Assembly: GCF_011386835.1 (NCBI RefSeq)
Contig: NC_088815.1
Span: forward strand, 13,516,001 to 13,580,000
DNA: 64,000 nucleotides
From: Chrysemys picta bellii
Taxonomy: Eukaryota
Direction of reading: 5' to 3'
The position numbers were made by a program, and so were the translations under genes. The notes under the pieces are model-generated. The model ran no database searches, was not told where the DNA came from, and worked only from the letters and a program-made list of their open reading frames with translations. Positions 31,801-43,800 of this stretch are shown here, in pieces (within the stretch, counting starts at the first letter, position 1; every line of letters starts with the position of its first letter).

Positions 31801-34800
31801 CTCTGCTCAGCCCTGGAGGGCAGGCCTAGCACGGGAGCTGTGGCTTCTAGTCACTTTATCCCCCCCTCCCTCGCTTGCAGAAGTGATGGCAACTGCGTCG
31901 TATTGCCCAGTGTGCGTCTGCATTACCCCTTCCCCTCCCCGTGCGGCGGTGGTGGGGGGTGTGTCTCTGCCCGCACTGTGGGGCCGTTCTAATGCATGCG
32001 CTGTAACCTGGGCCTCCGGTCTGTCCCCGAGCCTTGGCTGTGAGCGGCTCGCATGACCCTGAGGATTTACGGTGCAGGGTCACATGCTCCTCCCTACGGT
32101 CCACTTTGTGCATTCCCTGTTACTTGCAATGAGGGGCAGCGACCCCTGGGTGAGCTCCCATCCCTGCTGCTCGGGCTGCTAGCTGGCAGGCGTCAGGCTT
32201 CTCTCCGGCCGGGGCTGGGCACAGCGTGCGCTGCTGACGGAGGCTGTCGCAGGGGCCTGCGGTTGCTCTTCTGCCTGACGCGGATTGTTCCGCGAGGCCG
32301 TGCCGTGCCAGGGATTAAAGAGCCTGGGATGGGAGCTTGGTTCCCCCGACTTACCTGGCTGGTAACTGATCCTCCCCCCACAGGCAGGAGCAGACCCCCC
32401 ACTAGGTGGCTCCCTGCTGACCCATCCCCTCCCAGTGTATTCCTCACCTGGGGCGGTTCTGCTGGTCCCGGTTTCCCTTCCCTGGCTGGTCCTGGCCTTG
32501 CAGCCGCCTGGGCAAAGGGGGCCCTCGAGGGGACTGCTCCGGGGGCTTCGCTGTCCGTGCTGCTGGAGAGGAATCTGCCCTGCCAGCCAGGCACGTCCGC
32601 TCCCTCTCCCCTGGAGCCAGGTTCGTGCAGGGTCCCTGGTGCTTGCATTCCCCAGGGGTGAAGCCCTCGGAGCAGACCGATTGCTCACCCCTGTGCCAAG
32701 GCAGCCAAAGGGAGGCAGAAGCCACTGAGGAGGAAGTTGCTTGCCCAGCCGGGGGAAGGGAGGCTGGCGTCACTGCCAAGGTCAGCCCTGGGAATCCCTG
32801 CGGTGGCTGGTCTCTGTGAGCCTGGTGCCTCTCCTGGCAGGGGCAGGGCAGGGTGGGCTCTGCACCCCTTTGAAAGCTGCGGGTGCTGATTGTTCTCTCC
32901 CCAGGAATCCGCTGCTGGGACATCGACCTCACCTCCTGCAACCTGGACGAGCAGCTGAAGCTGTTTGTGTCCCGGCACTCGGCCACCTTCTCCAGCATCG
33001 TGAAAGGTAAGGGCCATCTGCCAGGCCTCTCCCGTCTCCACCTGCCCAGCTGTGCATCCCCTAGTCCTCTGCTGGTGTGGGCTTGGCACCGCGCTGGAGA
33101 TGGCTCCCTGCCTGCACAATGCAGCTTTCTGGCCCGGAATTCCCAGGGACTGTCCTGTCCCCGCACTCTGGGACACCCCGGGCTCCCCCCGGAGTATTTA
33201 AAGGAGCTCTCCAGGCTGCTTGGCCCAGAACTCGCCCTGCTCTGGGGGGAATCTATTGCAAGTCCAACTGATTGTCTGAACGTTGCTGGAGTGAGGCAGC
33301 AGCTCGGTGCCGAGCTGGCCCTGCTGTGGGAGGGGGAGGGGAGGAGGTTTCACAAACAGCCCCCCTGCTGTGGAAGCAGCATTGGGAATAACCTGTCTGG
33401 GGTACTCCAGTGCCCCCCAGTACCGCAGTATCTGAGCATCCCCCCCCGACTGCTCTCTGTGAGGCTGGGGGTGCATAGGACTAGTCCCCTTTGCTCAGGT
33501 TTTGGGGGGGGGGGGTTGTATGCCACTCAGATCCATGCTGTCTGCCCTTGACAAAGTGCTGGCTACGCCCACCAGGAGCAGATGGCAACGTGCGCCCTGA
33601 CACATCCAGCGGCAGAAGCAGCATCTGGGAGCTCGTGTTCTGCTCTGCATCGGCAGAAACCTCGCGTGACCCCCTCCACGCATGCCCCTCCTGGCTCTTA
33701 GCAGTGTTTAATTCGTGTTGCAATCCGTACCTCAGCCCAGACTGCAGGGGAAAGCCAGGCCGCCCAGTGAGTTGGAAATAGACAGGGAGGCAGCACCGTC
33801 CTGCTGTGTGCGGAGGGGTCGCTCCGGGGGCTGCCGGTCAGCTGCAGACCCGGACCTTGCCCTCTCCTGATGGAGTTTTGCTGGGTTGGGCAAACATTTA
33901 GCCAGGGCTACAAAGCCTGCTTTTATGCAGAGTTGCTTGCACTCTCCCTCAGCTGATGCCTCCGTCCCGGCCCCTCCAAGCAGACAAACGCGCTGATTCT
34001 TCCTGGGGAGCGGCTCTCAGAGGAGTTCCTGGGCCGGCGGCCCTCTCCATGCGCCTTCCCGTGAGGCCTCGTCACGCCCCGGCTGGCTCCTGGCTGCGTT
34101 GCTCCACTGCAGTGTCTAGACTCAGGCCGGCCCTCCCAGACCGAGGGACGGGCTTGTTCTGTCTAACTCGCTCGGAGTGGGACATCTTGACTCCAAGTCA
34201 AAACCATGCTGTAGCCAGATACTCCTTGGCTCATCTTGTGGTGGGGGGAACCGCTGGTTCACCACATCTGTGCCTAGACACAAGTGTTGGTGGTGGGGGG
34301 GTCTCTGCTGCTCCACTGTGTGGGGTTAACCCACTTTGGTACGCCCCCCCCCACCCCCTTCTCTAAGGCTCCAGAGCAGGGGGCTCCTTGCATGAGGGTC
34401 TGAGCTCTCTGTTGCTTGTCAGGTATAGCTGGCTCCTGCAGACCATCCCCTTTCCAGGGGTGCTGAAGAGCTCGGGGACCCCGATGGGTGGAGCAGGACA
34501 TTGGCCTGGCTACGCTTCCTCGTGTAACGCCCGGAGGCTGGCGGAGGGGAAGCCAGGCCTTGTGCTCCAGAGTGGGGAGAAGCTTGGCTGTCTGGGGGTG
34601 CTAGGCGCTGTACAAACAGAGCAGAGCCCCTCCCCCAAGGAGCTTAGAGAGGCCCCTGTGCCGGTAGCATCCCTCCCCTCTGGCACGGGTAGAGCAGAGG
34701 CACTGGTTGGGCTGGGTTCAAACGCTGTCGGCACCAGCTAGTGCTGCTGTTAGGGGTAAAACCCTCCCCCAGCCTCGGATACCAGTGGGTGCCAGAGAGA

Positions 34801-37800
34801 GTGCACGGCCATGTGCCCCGTGTGGAGCCCAGGGAGAGCTCAGAACACCAGGGGAGCTCGGATTTCAGCTGCTCACGTGCAGTTCATCAGCACTATTGTC
34901 CGTCTCGTGACCGCGGCGCAGGGAGAGGTGGCTCGTGGGCTAGCGCTGTGCGGCGTCGGTCCGGGAAGAGCAGCTGATCCCGTCCGAGGGGCTGGGGTTG
35001 AGTCAGCCATGCACCGGGGTACCGGCAGCCTACAGCCCAGGGCAGGGTCTCCTTGCTGGAACTCGAGTGCTGAGGGTTTTACGGGCCTCTCTCCAGAAGT
35101 GACCGGCCATCGGAGAGTAGAAACGCCTTCGTTCCCGACCAGCTCAGGCTGCCCTGTGTCTAAGGTAGCTGGGGCGTGGATGCAAGCGGCTGGAGGGAGA
35201 GCCCTTCCTTCGGCCTGTCTCTGGCAGTGGCTGGCCCTGGATGTGGTGGAGGAAGGTGGAAGAAATACCCTCCTGGGCTGGTGTCCCACATCTGCCTGTG
35301 TCTGGCTTGCTCGGGGATCTAATGGTCTGGCTTAAGCCCCAAAGCCATGAGGTTAAAATCCCTTCTGATGCTTCTGTCACGGCTCTAGATGCCTTTGCCT
35401 TCCCTGGCTGTGAAATGGGCTCCCTGCAGCCAGCTCCGCGGTCACGGTACTCTCCCTCCCAGCCAGGCGTCTCCGGCTGGCTCCTCCAGTCCGGCTAGAC
35501 CGGCCTCCCCGGCTACTTTCCTTTGGGTTCGTTTGTTCACTCTTCTAAACGAGCTCTCTGGAAACTGGGGCAGTTGCGCTCACAGAGGCCCCTTCTGTGC
35601 ACGGGGCTGGGTAGCTCGGGGGCTTGGTAACCAGATAGGGAGCCGCTGACCCCCAGGCTGCTGGTTCAAAGGCGGCCCTGGCCAGCAGTAACTGAATCGC
35701 TGCTCGCCAGCAGCTGCTCAGTGGCCTTGTGACATGGGTGTGGCGAGGGGTGTCCCGTTCCTGGTCCACGTGCTCGATCAGGCTTCGCTCTGGGGGAGGC
35801 CAAGGGTGGAAGGAACCATGGGCTGCTCGGGGGGCCTGCAGCTTCCAGCCCCGCTCAGCTTCTTAGGCCTGGACTGGGCAGATTTAACTGTGGGTTGGGG
35901 TGGGATGTCTCTAAATGGCTAGTGGCCCCAGTACACCTGGACGGTGTTGTAAAGGTGCCACGTCCCAGGAAGGCTTAATCCCGTTCCAGTAAGGGACTAG
36001 CCTCGGGTGTGAAACGCCCCACGCCGATACAGCTGCGTCGGCACTGGGAGCTTGGGCTGGCTTCAGTTGGTCCAGCGTCCTAGTGTCTGAGCCCCGCAGC
36101 CCATCCCCCACCCTTGGGAGGCAGGGAAGTCACGCCCGCCCATTGTACGGATGGGGAAAGCGAGGCAGTGACTTGCCCACGGTTAGTCTCTGGCAGAGCA
36201 GGGAATTGAACGTGGGTTTCAGAGTCCCAGGCCAGCCCTTAGCGATCCAGCTCCCCCGTTCTGTGGGGTACAGGCCTCCAGACCCCAAGGCACTCGGCCC
36301 AGCAGCCAGCTAGCTCCCAGAGAGGGAATTTAGCCGCCGATGGGCCCAGGCTTGGCAGGCTCGTGAATTCTTCATTCCTGGGTCTGAGCTGCAGTAAACA
36401 GCGGGGCTCCCTGGCACCAACGCCCTGCGGTGCCCTGTGGCCTAATTGTCCCTCTAACCTTCCTGCCCCCCTGGACTGTACATTGGCCTTCGTGGGCCTG
36501 GAGCCCTGTGAGCTGGGGCGTGCGGAGCAGATTGCTAGCAGCTCAACGGAGCCGCTTTCCTCCGTGCCCGGGGCCCCTCATTGAGCCGTCTCCCCCCCCC
36601 CCCCCCCTTCACTAGGGGGCTGGGCTGCCGGCTCGTAGAGCAGTGGGAAAGTCTCCGTTCCTTTCCTCCACACTCAGCCTCAGTTCTCTGCCCCTTTGCT
36701 GCCCTCTAGCGATGGGCAGTGCAGCTGTCTGCATTAGATGGCATCTGCATGGTGCCTGACTGCATGCCCGGGGGGGGGTATTGGGCTTGTGGGATTGCTC
36801 TTGGGAGCCTGCCTGCTCCAGCGAAAGGCACAGGCTCCCCAGGGACGCATGGTCCGAGCTCCGGCGCTGCAGACTAGAAGGCAGGCTGCAGCGTGGTGTG
36901 GGGCTGAGAGCAGACAGGGCCCCTGGCCGCAGCGTGGCCGAATGGTTGTCCTGCAATGCCCATGATGGGTAGCTGGGCCCTGCCAGAGAGCTCCCCGCCT
37001 GGGAACGCTGCGGCACAAGCTCCGGTTGGCAGGTGGGGTGAGCTGAGACCCATGCAGCTGCTGGCCGGGAGGGGTTCAGTGCCTTGGACCACCCCCAGCA
37101 AATAAAGGTGGAGTCTGCCCCCCCCCCCCACGCCTGCAGGGAGGAGGTGGGGTTGAGCTGACGGCCTCAGGAAAGCAGCTTCAGTCCCCTTGGCCTTCCT
37201 GAGCTGGGGCTGCCTCGTCCGGGCGCGGAGCAGGAAACGCCAGTGGCCGTGACGCTGCCCTCCAGCTGGGACTGCACGGGGCCAGCCCTGTGTGGCCCAT
37301 GACTTTCCTCGCAGAGGGGAGAACAGCTCCGGCATGCCTAGGGAGAGGGCTCCAAGCGTCTGTTCCCAACCCTGCACTGGACTGGCTGGGGCAAGTCGTC
37401 CAGCTGTTATGGGCCGGGCCGGGCCTGTCTTCCGGTGGGGTCAAAAGTTGTGTTCGTAGCTTAAAAACAATCCCTGTCTGGCTCCGGGGGCAGAACATGG
37501 GGGAGGGGGGTCCCCCTCGTGGGCTGAGTCAGCCCCTCCGCTTCCTTCCTTCTCTGGCAGCGGAAGGGGCGGGGGGGCACCTCTCGTCCTTCGACTCAGC
37601 AGATCTGCTGGCCTCTGTGGTATCCGGGCTCACGGCTCCGCTTCCCAGCCAGCGGGGTCCTGCAGCGGCTGTGAGCCCGGCCTGGAACTCCTGCCTCAGC
37701 CTGGCTGAAAGGGGTGGGGAGGCTGGGAAGGGGGCAGCGGGGTCTGCGTATGGGCCTGTGTCCCCTGCCCGAGCAGGCTGCCTGCTGCCGGCACGACTGG

Positions 37801-40800
37801 TCCAGCCTGGGGTTGGCTGGAGCTCGTGCCGGGCAAACTCCCCGTTGTACCTGGGTTCTGCGGTAGCTGCCGGTGCGCCGATCCCGTCCGGCACCTCTAG
37901 CTTTAGCTGGGATTGTGGGGTGTTCCATCAGGAGTTACGGGTACCCCATTCTCTGATGTTAGCCCATCCAGGGGCTGACTTGGATCGCCCCACTTCCCAG
38001 GTGGAGAAACTGAGGCACAGACTCAGCACCTTGCTGCAGGCTACTCAGAGCCAGGGACCCAACTCTCTTGGCTCCAGGGTCTCAGCCCCAAGACCAGCCT
38101 TCCTCTGCCCCTCCCTGCGTCCTGCCGTCTCTGCATTGCACTGCCTGATAGGTGTCTCCTTAGCCCGCCTTGGCTACTGTCCAGCCCAGGCATCTCCCTG
38201 AAACCCCACCCGGCTGTGCTCTCCGTGCCCAGGGTCCCAGAGGTACCGGGGGCAGTGCTGTGCCATTGCAGGGGGGAGCAGTGGCGCAGAAGGCAGGCGA
38301 GCCGTGCACGCTCTGAACGGCCGCTTGGGTCAGCCGGGAGCTGCCTGGGGTTCCCTGCTCCAGGCCGGGTTGCGTACGTTGGGGCAGACCGTGCCAGCGG
38401 AGTGCTGCATGGCATGCTGCCAGTCTCCCCACCTGCTGAGCTCCCCTCTGGCGGCTCCTCGCTGCCTGGCCTGTGCCCTGGGCAGCCATTCTCTGTGCAG
38501 CTCTCGGGCCAGCCTGACCCTTCCCTGGGGGAGGGTGGGGGCCAAAACCTGGGCGTGACTGGGGGAGCTGGGCTCTTAACGCCAAGGCCTCTTATTCCCG
38601 GGCAGGTCAGCGGACCCTCCACCACCGGGGGGATGTCCTGGAGACACTGGTGCTGCTCAACCCTTCGGATAAGTCCCTGTGCGATGAGGTGAGCAGGTGG
38701 GGAGGGAACTGGGGTCCAATGGGGCCCTTACCGTGGGGGGGGGGCAAGGAGGTGCAAGAGCACCCTGCGGGAGTGGGGCGGGGTTTGCATTCCCCTCCGT
38801 AATAGTCTCGTGTTCTGTCATCCTCCCCCTCTGTCGGGCCAGGCACCCTGCTGTCTCCCCAGCCCGAGCGCCCCACTCGGAGCAGCCTGCAGTCCAGGTC
38901 CCCAGCCCCCAGCGCTTGGTCTCGGCTCCATTGTGTGGCAGCAAAGATCCCCCTCGAGCTGGTGTAGGCCTGGGTGGCGGGGCTGGGGGTGGGTGGGGAC
39001 ACCTGAACTCAACCAGTCTCCGTCCCCAGCTGCGGAACCTGATCACAGACGTGTCCCAGCACAAGCTGCTGGTGTTCGCCGGGCCCTGCGTGGAGGAGAC
39101 CGGGGAGCTGATGCTGCAGACGGGCTGCTTCTCTCTGCGGGACTTCATCCAGATCTTCACGGACAAAGAGGTGTGTCCTGGCACAGTGCCCGTGATCCGC
39201 CTCTTGGCGGCTAACCCTCATGGCTGTTATCCCCGGGCCAGGAAACGCCTTCCTTCAGGCAGCTCTGGCTCTCAGCAGGCCTGGGGGAGAGGCCTCTGTG
39301 ATCCCGTTACTGTCTGATTCGGAGACACGCGTGTGTCTCTCCCAGCTCGGGGCGCGTGTGCACTTTCACCTCTGGCTGCTGGAGGAAACGCTGCAGAACC
39401 TTGACACGGCGGGTGGCAGTGAAGGTGACTCCAGTGTGGGCCCCTCTGGACCCAGGTCACTTTTTTCTCACTAGCCCTTTGGATCGTGAGCCCCAGCTGG
39501 GCTGGCCGTAAGCTGACTGAATGTGCAGCTCCAGGCACCAGCAGCCCAGCCCTGTGGGAAGGGCGTGGGGCTGGCGGAGTCCGTCTCTAGTGGTGCTGAT
39601 GGAGCAGTTTTCCATGGAGCTGGGTTGCTGCCCATATGGGGCCTCTTCACCCCCACCCCCACCATCTAGCAGGTGTCGCAGCAGTTTCAGTCTGGCAAGC
39701 TCGGGTCCTCTTGCCGTGCATGGCGAAGGCTTTCCTTCCCCAGCAGCCCTGGAACTGCTCCCCCGTCCCAGGCCCACGCTTCTGCGCGAACGTGGCCTTG
39801 CTTAGTGATAGCAAGCTGTGAATCCCAGCAGCGGCCAGGGCTGCTCCGCTAGGAAGTGGAGGGCAGGGCGGGCATTGGAGGACCAGGTGCGGGGTGGGTG
39901 GGCTGCTGCACTCGGAGTTCGTGGGGCACATTCCCAGGATGCAAAGGGAAGAGTCTGGGCTCGCAGTGATGCGCACCCCACTGCACAGTCATCCGGTAGC
40001 ACGGACCACGGGGGGAACGATGCTGAGGTGTCATGGCCGAGCCTGCTATGGGATGGCAGCCCTCCCAGGGCCTTCCCTGTACTGGTGAAGGAGGGCGGGG
40101 AGGGACTGTCCGGTGGCTGCCGACTGGCCTCGCCCCTCTGGGAACTTGTGTCGAAGTCCAGGTTGGAGGTGGAGTGTCTGTCTAGCCCCTGGGATGACCT
40201 GCTGACAAGGGACAACTCAGCAGCCTGTCGCTGAACTCTGCCATGTGCTGGCATTGACCCTGGCTTGTCTCTCTAGGTCGGGGAGATGCTGAGCTCTGCA
40301 GACCCTTCGGCCAAGGCCAGCCTGACTGTCAGCTGCCCTGACTTCGGGGAGTGGCAGGACTCCAGCCTGGAGCAGTACAACCTCCAGGACTTCATCGAGC
40401 TGCGGATCAACCCGGGCTGCGTGTTGCCGGAGATGGAGGGGCTGCAGGAGTTCGTGGAATACCTCTCGGAGTCCCTGGAGCCGCAGTCCCCCTTCGACCT
40501 CCTGGAGCCCCCGACCATGGTGGGCTTCCTGAAGCTCTCTAAGCCCTGCTGCTACGTCTTCCCCGGCGGGAGGGGGGACACGGCCTTCTTTGCCGTCAAC
40601 GGGTTCAACGTCCTGGTGAACGGGGGCTCCAACCCCAAATCCTCCTTCTGGAAACTGGTGCGCCACCTGGACCGGATCGACTCCATCCTGGTGACGCACA
40701 TCGGCACGGACAGCCTGCCGGGGGTCAACAGCCTGCTGCAGAGGAAGGTCGCTGAGCTGGAGGAAGACCCCTCCTCGCAGGGTTCCCAGAGCAACGGGGA

Positions 40801-43800
40801 CTGGGTGAAGAACCTCATCTCCCCCGAGCTGGGAGTCGTGTTCCTCAACGCCTCCGAGAAGCTGAAGGGTATTGAGGGGAACTCCAGGGTGCTGAAGAGC
40901 TGTGACGAAGCCAGCCTGACCCTACGCTACCTGGAGAAGCTGGGGGTCAGGCCCAACCTGCTCTGCAGGGACAGCGGCCCCAAGGTGGAGCCCACAGTGC
41001 TGTTCCAAAAGATGGGTGTTGGCAGACTGGACATGTACGTGCTGAACCCGGTGCGGGGCACCAAGGAGCTGGACTTCCTGCTGCAGCACTGGTCCGGCAA
41101 CGGCCACCCCAGCGAGCAGGAGCTGCCCTTGCAGTGCCTTACCTCCGTCTGCGCCCTGCTGGTCTGGCATCCCGCCAGCCCTTTGGAGAAGATCATCCGG
41201 GTCCTGTTCCCAGGCTGCACCCCGCAGGGCAGGATCCTGGAGGGGCTGGAGAAGGTGAAGCACCTGGAGTTCTTGAAGCGCCCGGTGGTCACTGAGAAGG
41301 ACTTGAAGGCACAGGCCGCTCTCCGTCCCGAGAAGCCGCTCACGCCGAAGAGGGCGGAAAGCAAGGAGAGCCTCAAGTCGGCGTCCAAGGAGAGCCTCCG
41401 GTCTGCTTCGAGACTGAGCCTGGTGGAGGCCGGGCCCCCGGCTCCCAAGGAGAAAGCCCTCAAGGCTGAGAAGAAGGAGGTGAAGCCAGCGCCCAAGGAG
41501 AAGGCCAGAGGGCCAGGCGAGGTGGCCAAGGCAGGGCCAGAGGAGGAGAGAGCCAAGGACCCCAGAGCCAAGCCTGACTCTTCAGCTGAGAAGCTCAAGC
41601 CAGATGTGAGGCTGAAGCTTAGCAAGGAGAAGGCCCCACCCAAGAAAGAGCCCCTGCCCCAGGAGGCGAGGAAGGAGGAGAAGAGGCCTCTGAAGAAGGA
41701 AGATGGTACCGAGGGGAAGGCGGACGGCAGGAAGGAGGTGAAGGCCCTGAAGAGGGACGGGAAAGCCGAGTTGCTGCGGAAGGATGCCAAGGAGAGCAAG
41801 GCTGAGGGGAAGGCCGCAAAGCCCCCTGCCCGCAAACTGCCCGGGCCGGAGCCCCGCAAGCTGGCCCTCAGGGCAGGGAGCCTTAAGAAATCCACTCTCA
41901 AGAAGGAGCCGGAGAAGCCCAAGGCCAAAGCGGCCAAGGAGGCAGGTGCAGCCAGCAAGGAGCCCCCGAGCCCCGGGGCTGGTGCGTCAGAAGGCTCCAA
42001 GTCACTGTCCCTGGAGGCCCTGACGCGGGAGGCGGCATGGGCGGGCGCTGAGGCTGGGCGGAAGGAGGAGTCGACAGATGAGGGGATCACCACGGCAGAC
42101 AGCGAGCTGGAGCCGTCCCCGCTGGAGAACGGGGAGGCTGGGCAGTGCGCTGGCACTGAGGGCCTAGCTGGCTGTGCCGGGCTGGGGCCCACGGACTGCC
42201 AGGAGAACGGCGTCGACCCGGAGGAGCTGGACAGCCCCCAGCGGTTCCGGTACCTAGAGACCAGCCCGCTCAAAGCCATCTGGCCCCCTTCTCCCCTCGC
42301 CAAGACCCCCAAGAGCGACCGCAGCGTGGACTTTGACCTGACGCCCACGGGGCTTCTCAACCACTGCCAGGAGGGCGCCGAGGACCCATGCGGCAGCTCT
42401 GAGGAGAAGACCCTGGAGATGATGTCCCCCTCTAGCTCGGGGCCGGCCAGCGCCGGACACACCCCATTCCACCAGTCCCCGGTGGAGGACGCAGTCATGG
42501 TAGAGGAGCCAGCGTCGGGCCCCAACGACAACAAACAGTTCAACTCCTGCCGTTCCTCCCACGACAGCTCCAGCTCCTCCCAGGAGAAGCAGGCGGGCTG
42601 CTTGTCCCTTAGCCCCTTCAAGGACGAGCTCCCCGATGTCTCGCCCACCATCACCACCCCCTCCCTGCCGGCTGAGGTGGGCTCCCCCCACTCCACCGAG
42701 GTGGACGAGTCACTGTCGGTCTCCTTCGAGCAGGTGCTGCCCCCGGTGAGTGAGTCGCCCCAAGAGGAGCTGAACCAGCCGCAGGGGGGCGGGCTGACCC
42801 CGGAGTCAGACGCCTCGGTGGGCAAAGGCGGGCTGTCCCTGCCCCTCCGGCCCTGCCACCATGCTCAGCGGCTGGACAGCGATGGGGCAGACGGGCTGCG
42901 CCGGCATGGGCGTCGCTCCGACTCCCCCCACGACGTGGACCTGTGCCTGGTATCGCCCTGCGAGTTTGAGCACCCCAAGTCTGAGCGCCCCCCCTCCCTC
43001 AATGTCAGCCCCCGGGACCTGTCCAATGACAGCGACCTCTCCCAGGAGCTGGCCAAGCCCCTGGCCCAGAGGAGAGGTCAGAGGAGCCAGGGCCGCCGGC
43101 TGCAGCCACTGCCAGGCGCCGAGACCCCCCCCACCTCTGGGAGCGAGTCCCTCCCCACGCTCTCCGACTCGGACATCCCTCTTGCCACCGAGGACTGCCC
43201 CTCCATCACGGCTGACGGTGGGCTGGACTCAGACGAGGAGTCGGAGCCCCTGGCCAGAGTCCCTTCCCGGGCCAGAGACCCTCCTCCAGGCCCCCTGAAA
43301 GACCCCTGCCCCCTCCCTGCCCAGCCTGGCATCTGCATGGTGGATCCAGAGGCCCTGCCCACGGAGCAGGCCCGTGCGGGGAAGAAGGAGCCCGCCGGCA
43401 AGGTGAAGAGGACTCCCTCCCGCCTGGGCTCGGCCCCTGTGTCCCAGAAGGCCGAAACCCCCAAACACTCGACCCTGGGCAGCAAGGCCAGAGGCCCCGC
43501 GGGCTCAGCAGACAAGGCCAGGACGCTTCCCCTAGCCAAGGGCCCACGCCTCGGGGCCGGCGGGGACACCAGAGCTTCGCTCACGAGCCGCAGCGCTGGG
43601 GCCAGGCCACTCTCGGGAGCCGGCAGATCATCTCCCGCAGGTAACTGGGAGTGGGGATGGGGCGTTGAGGCCAGCTGATCCCAGGCCAGGAGCAGGGCCT
43701 GTTACTCCCATGCTAACCCAACCCCAGGCTGGGGAGGGTGGAGGATATATGGGGCCTTGCAGCCCAGGGTGCTCTGGCCTGTGGCAGGAGTTGGGTTGCT

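Noticed and set aside
40927-42825. 632-aa minus-strand ORF
   Set aside because: Antisense shadow of the GC-rich MAP1S exon 5; low-complexity S/L/F/P sequence with no independent domain or splice signals.
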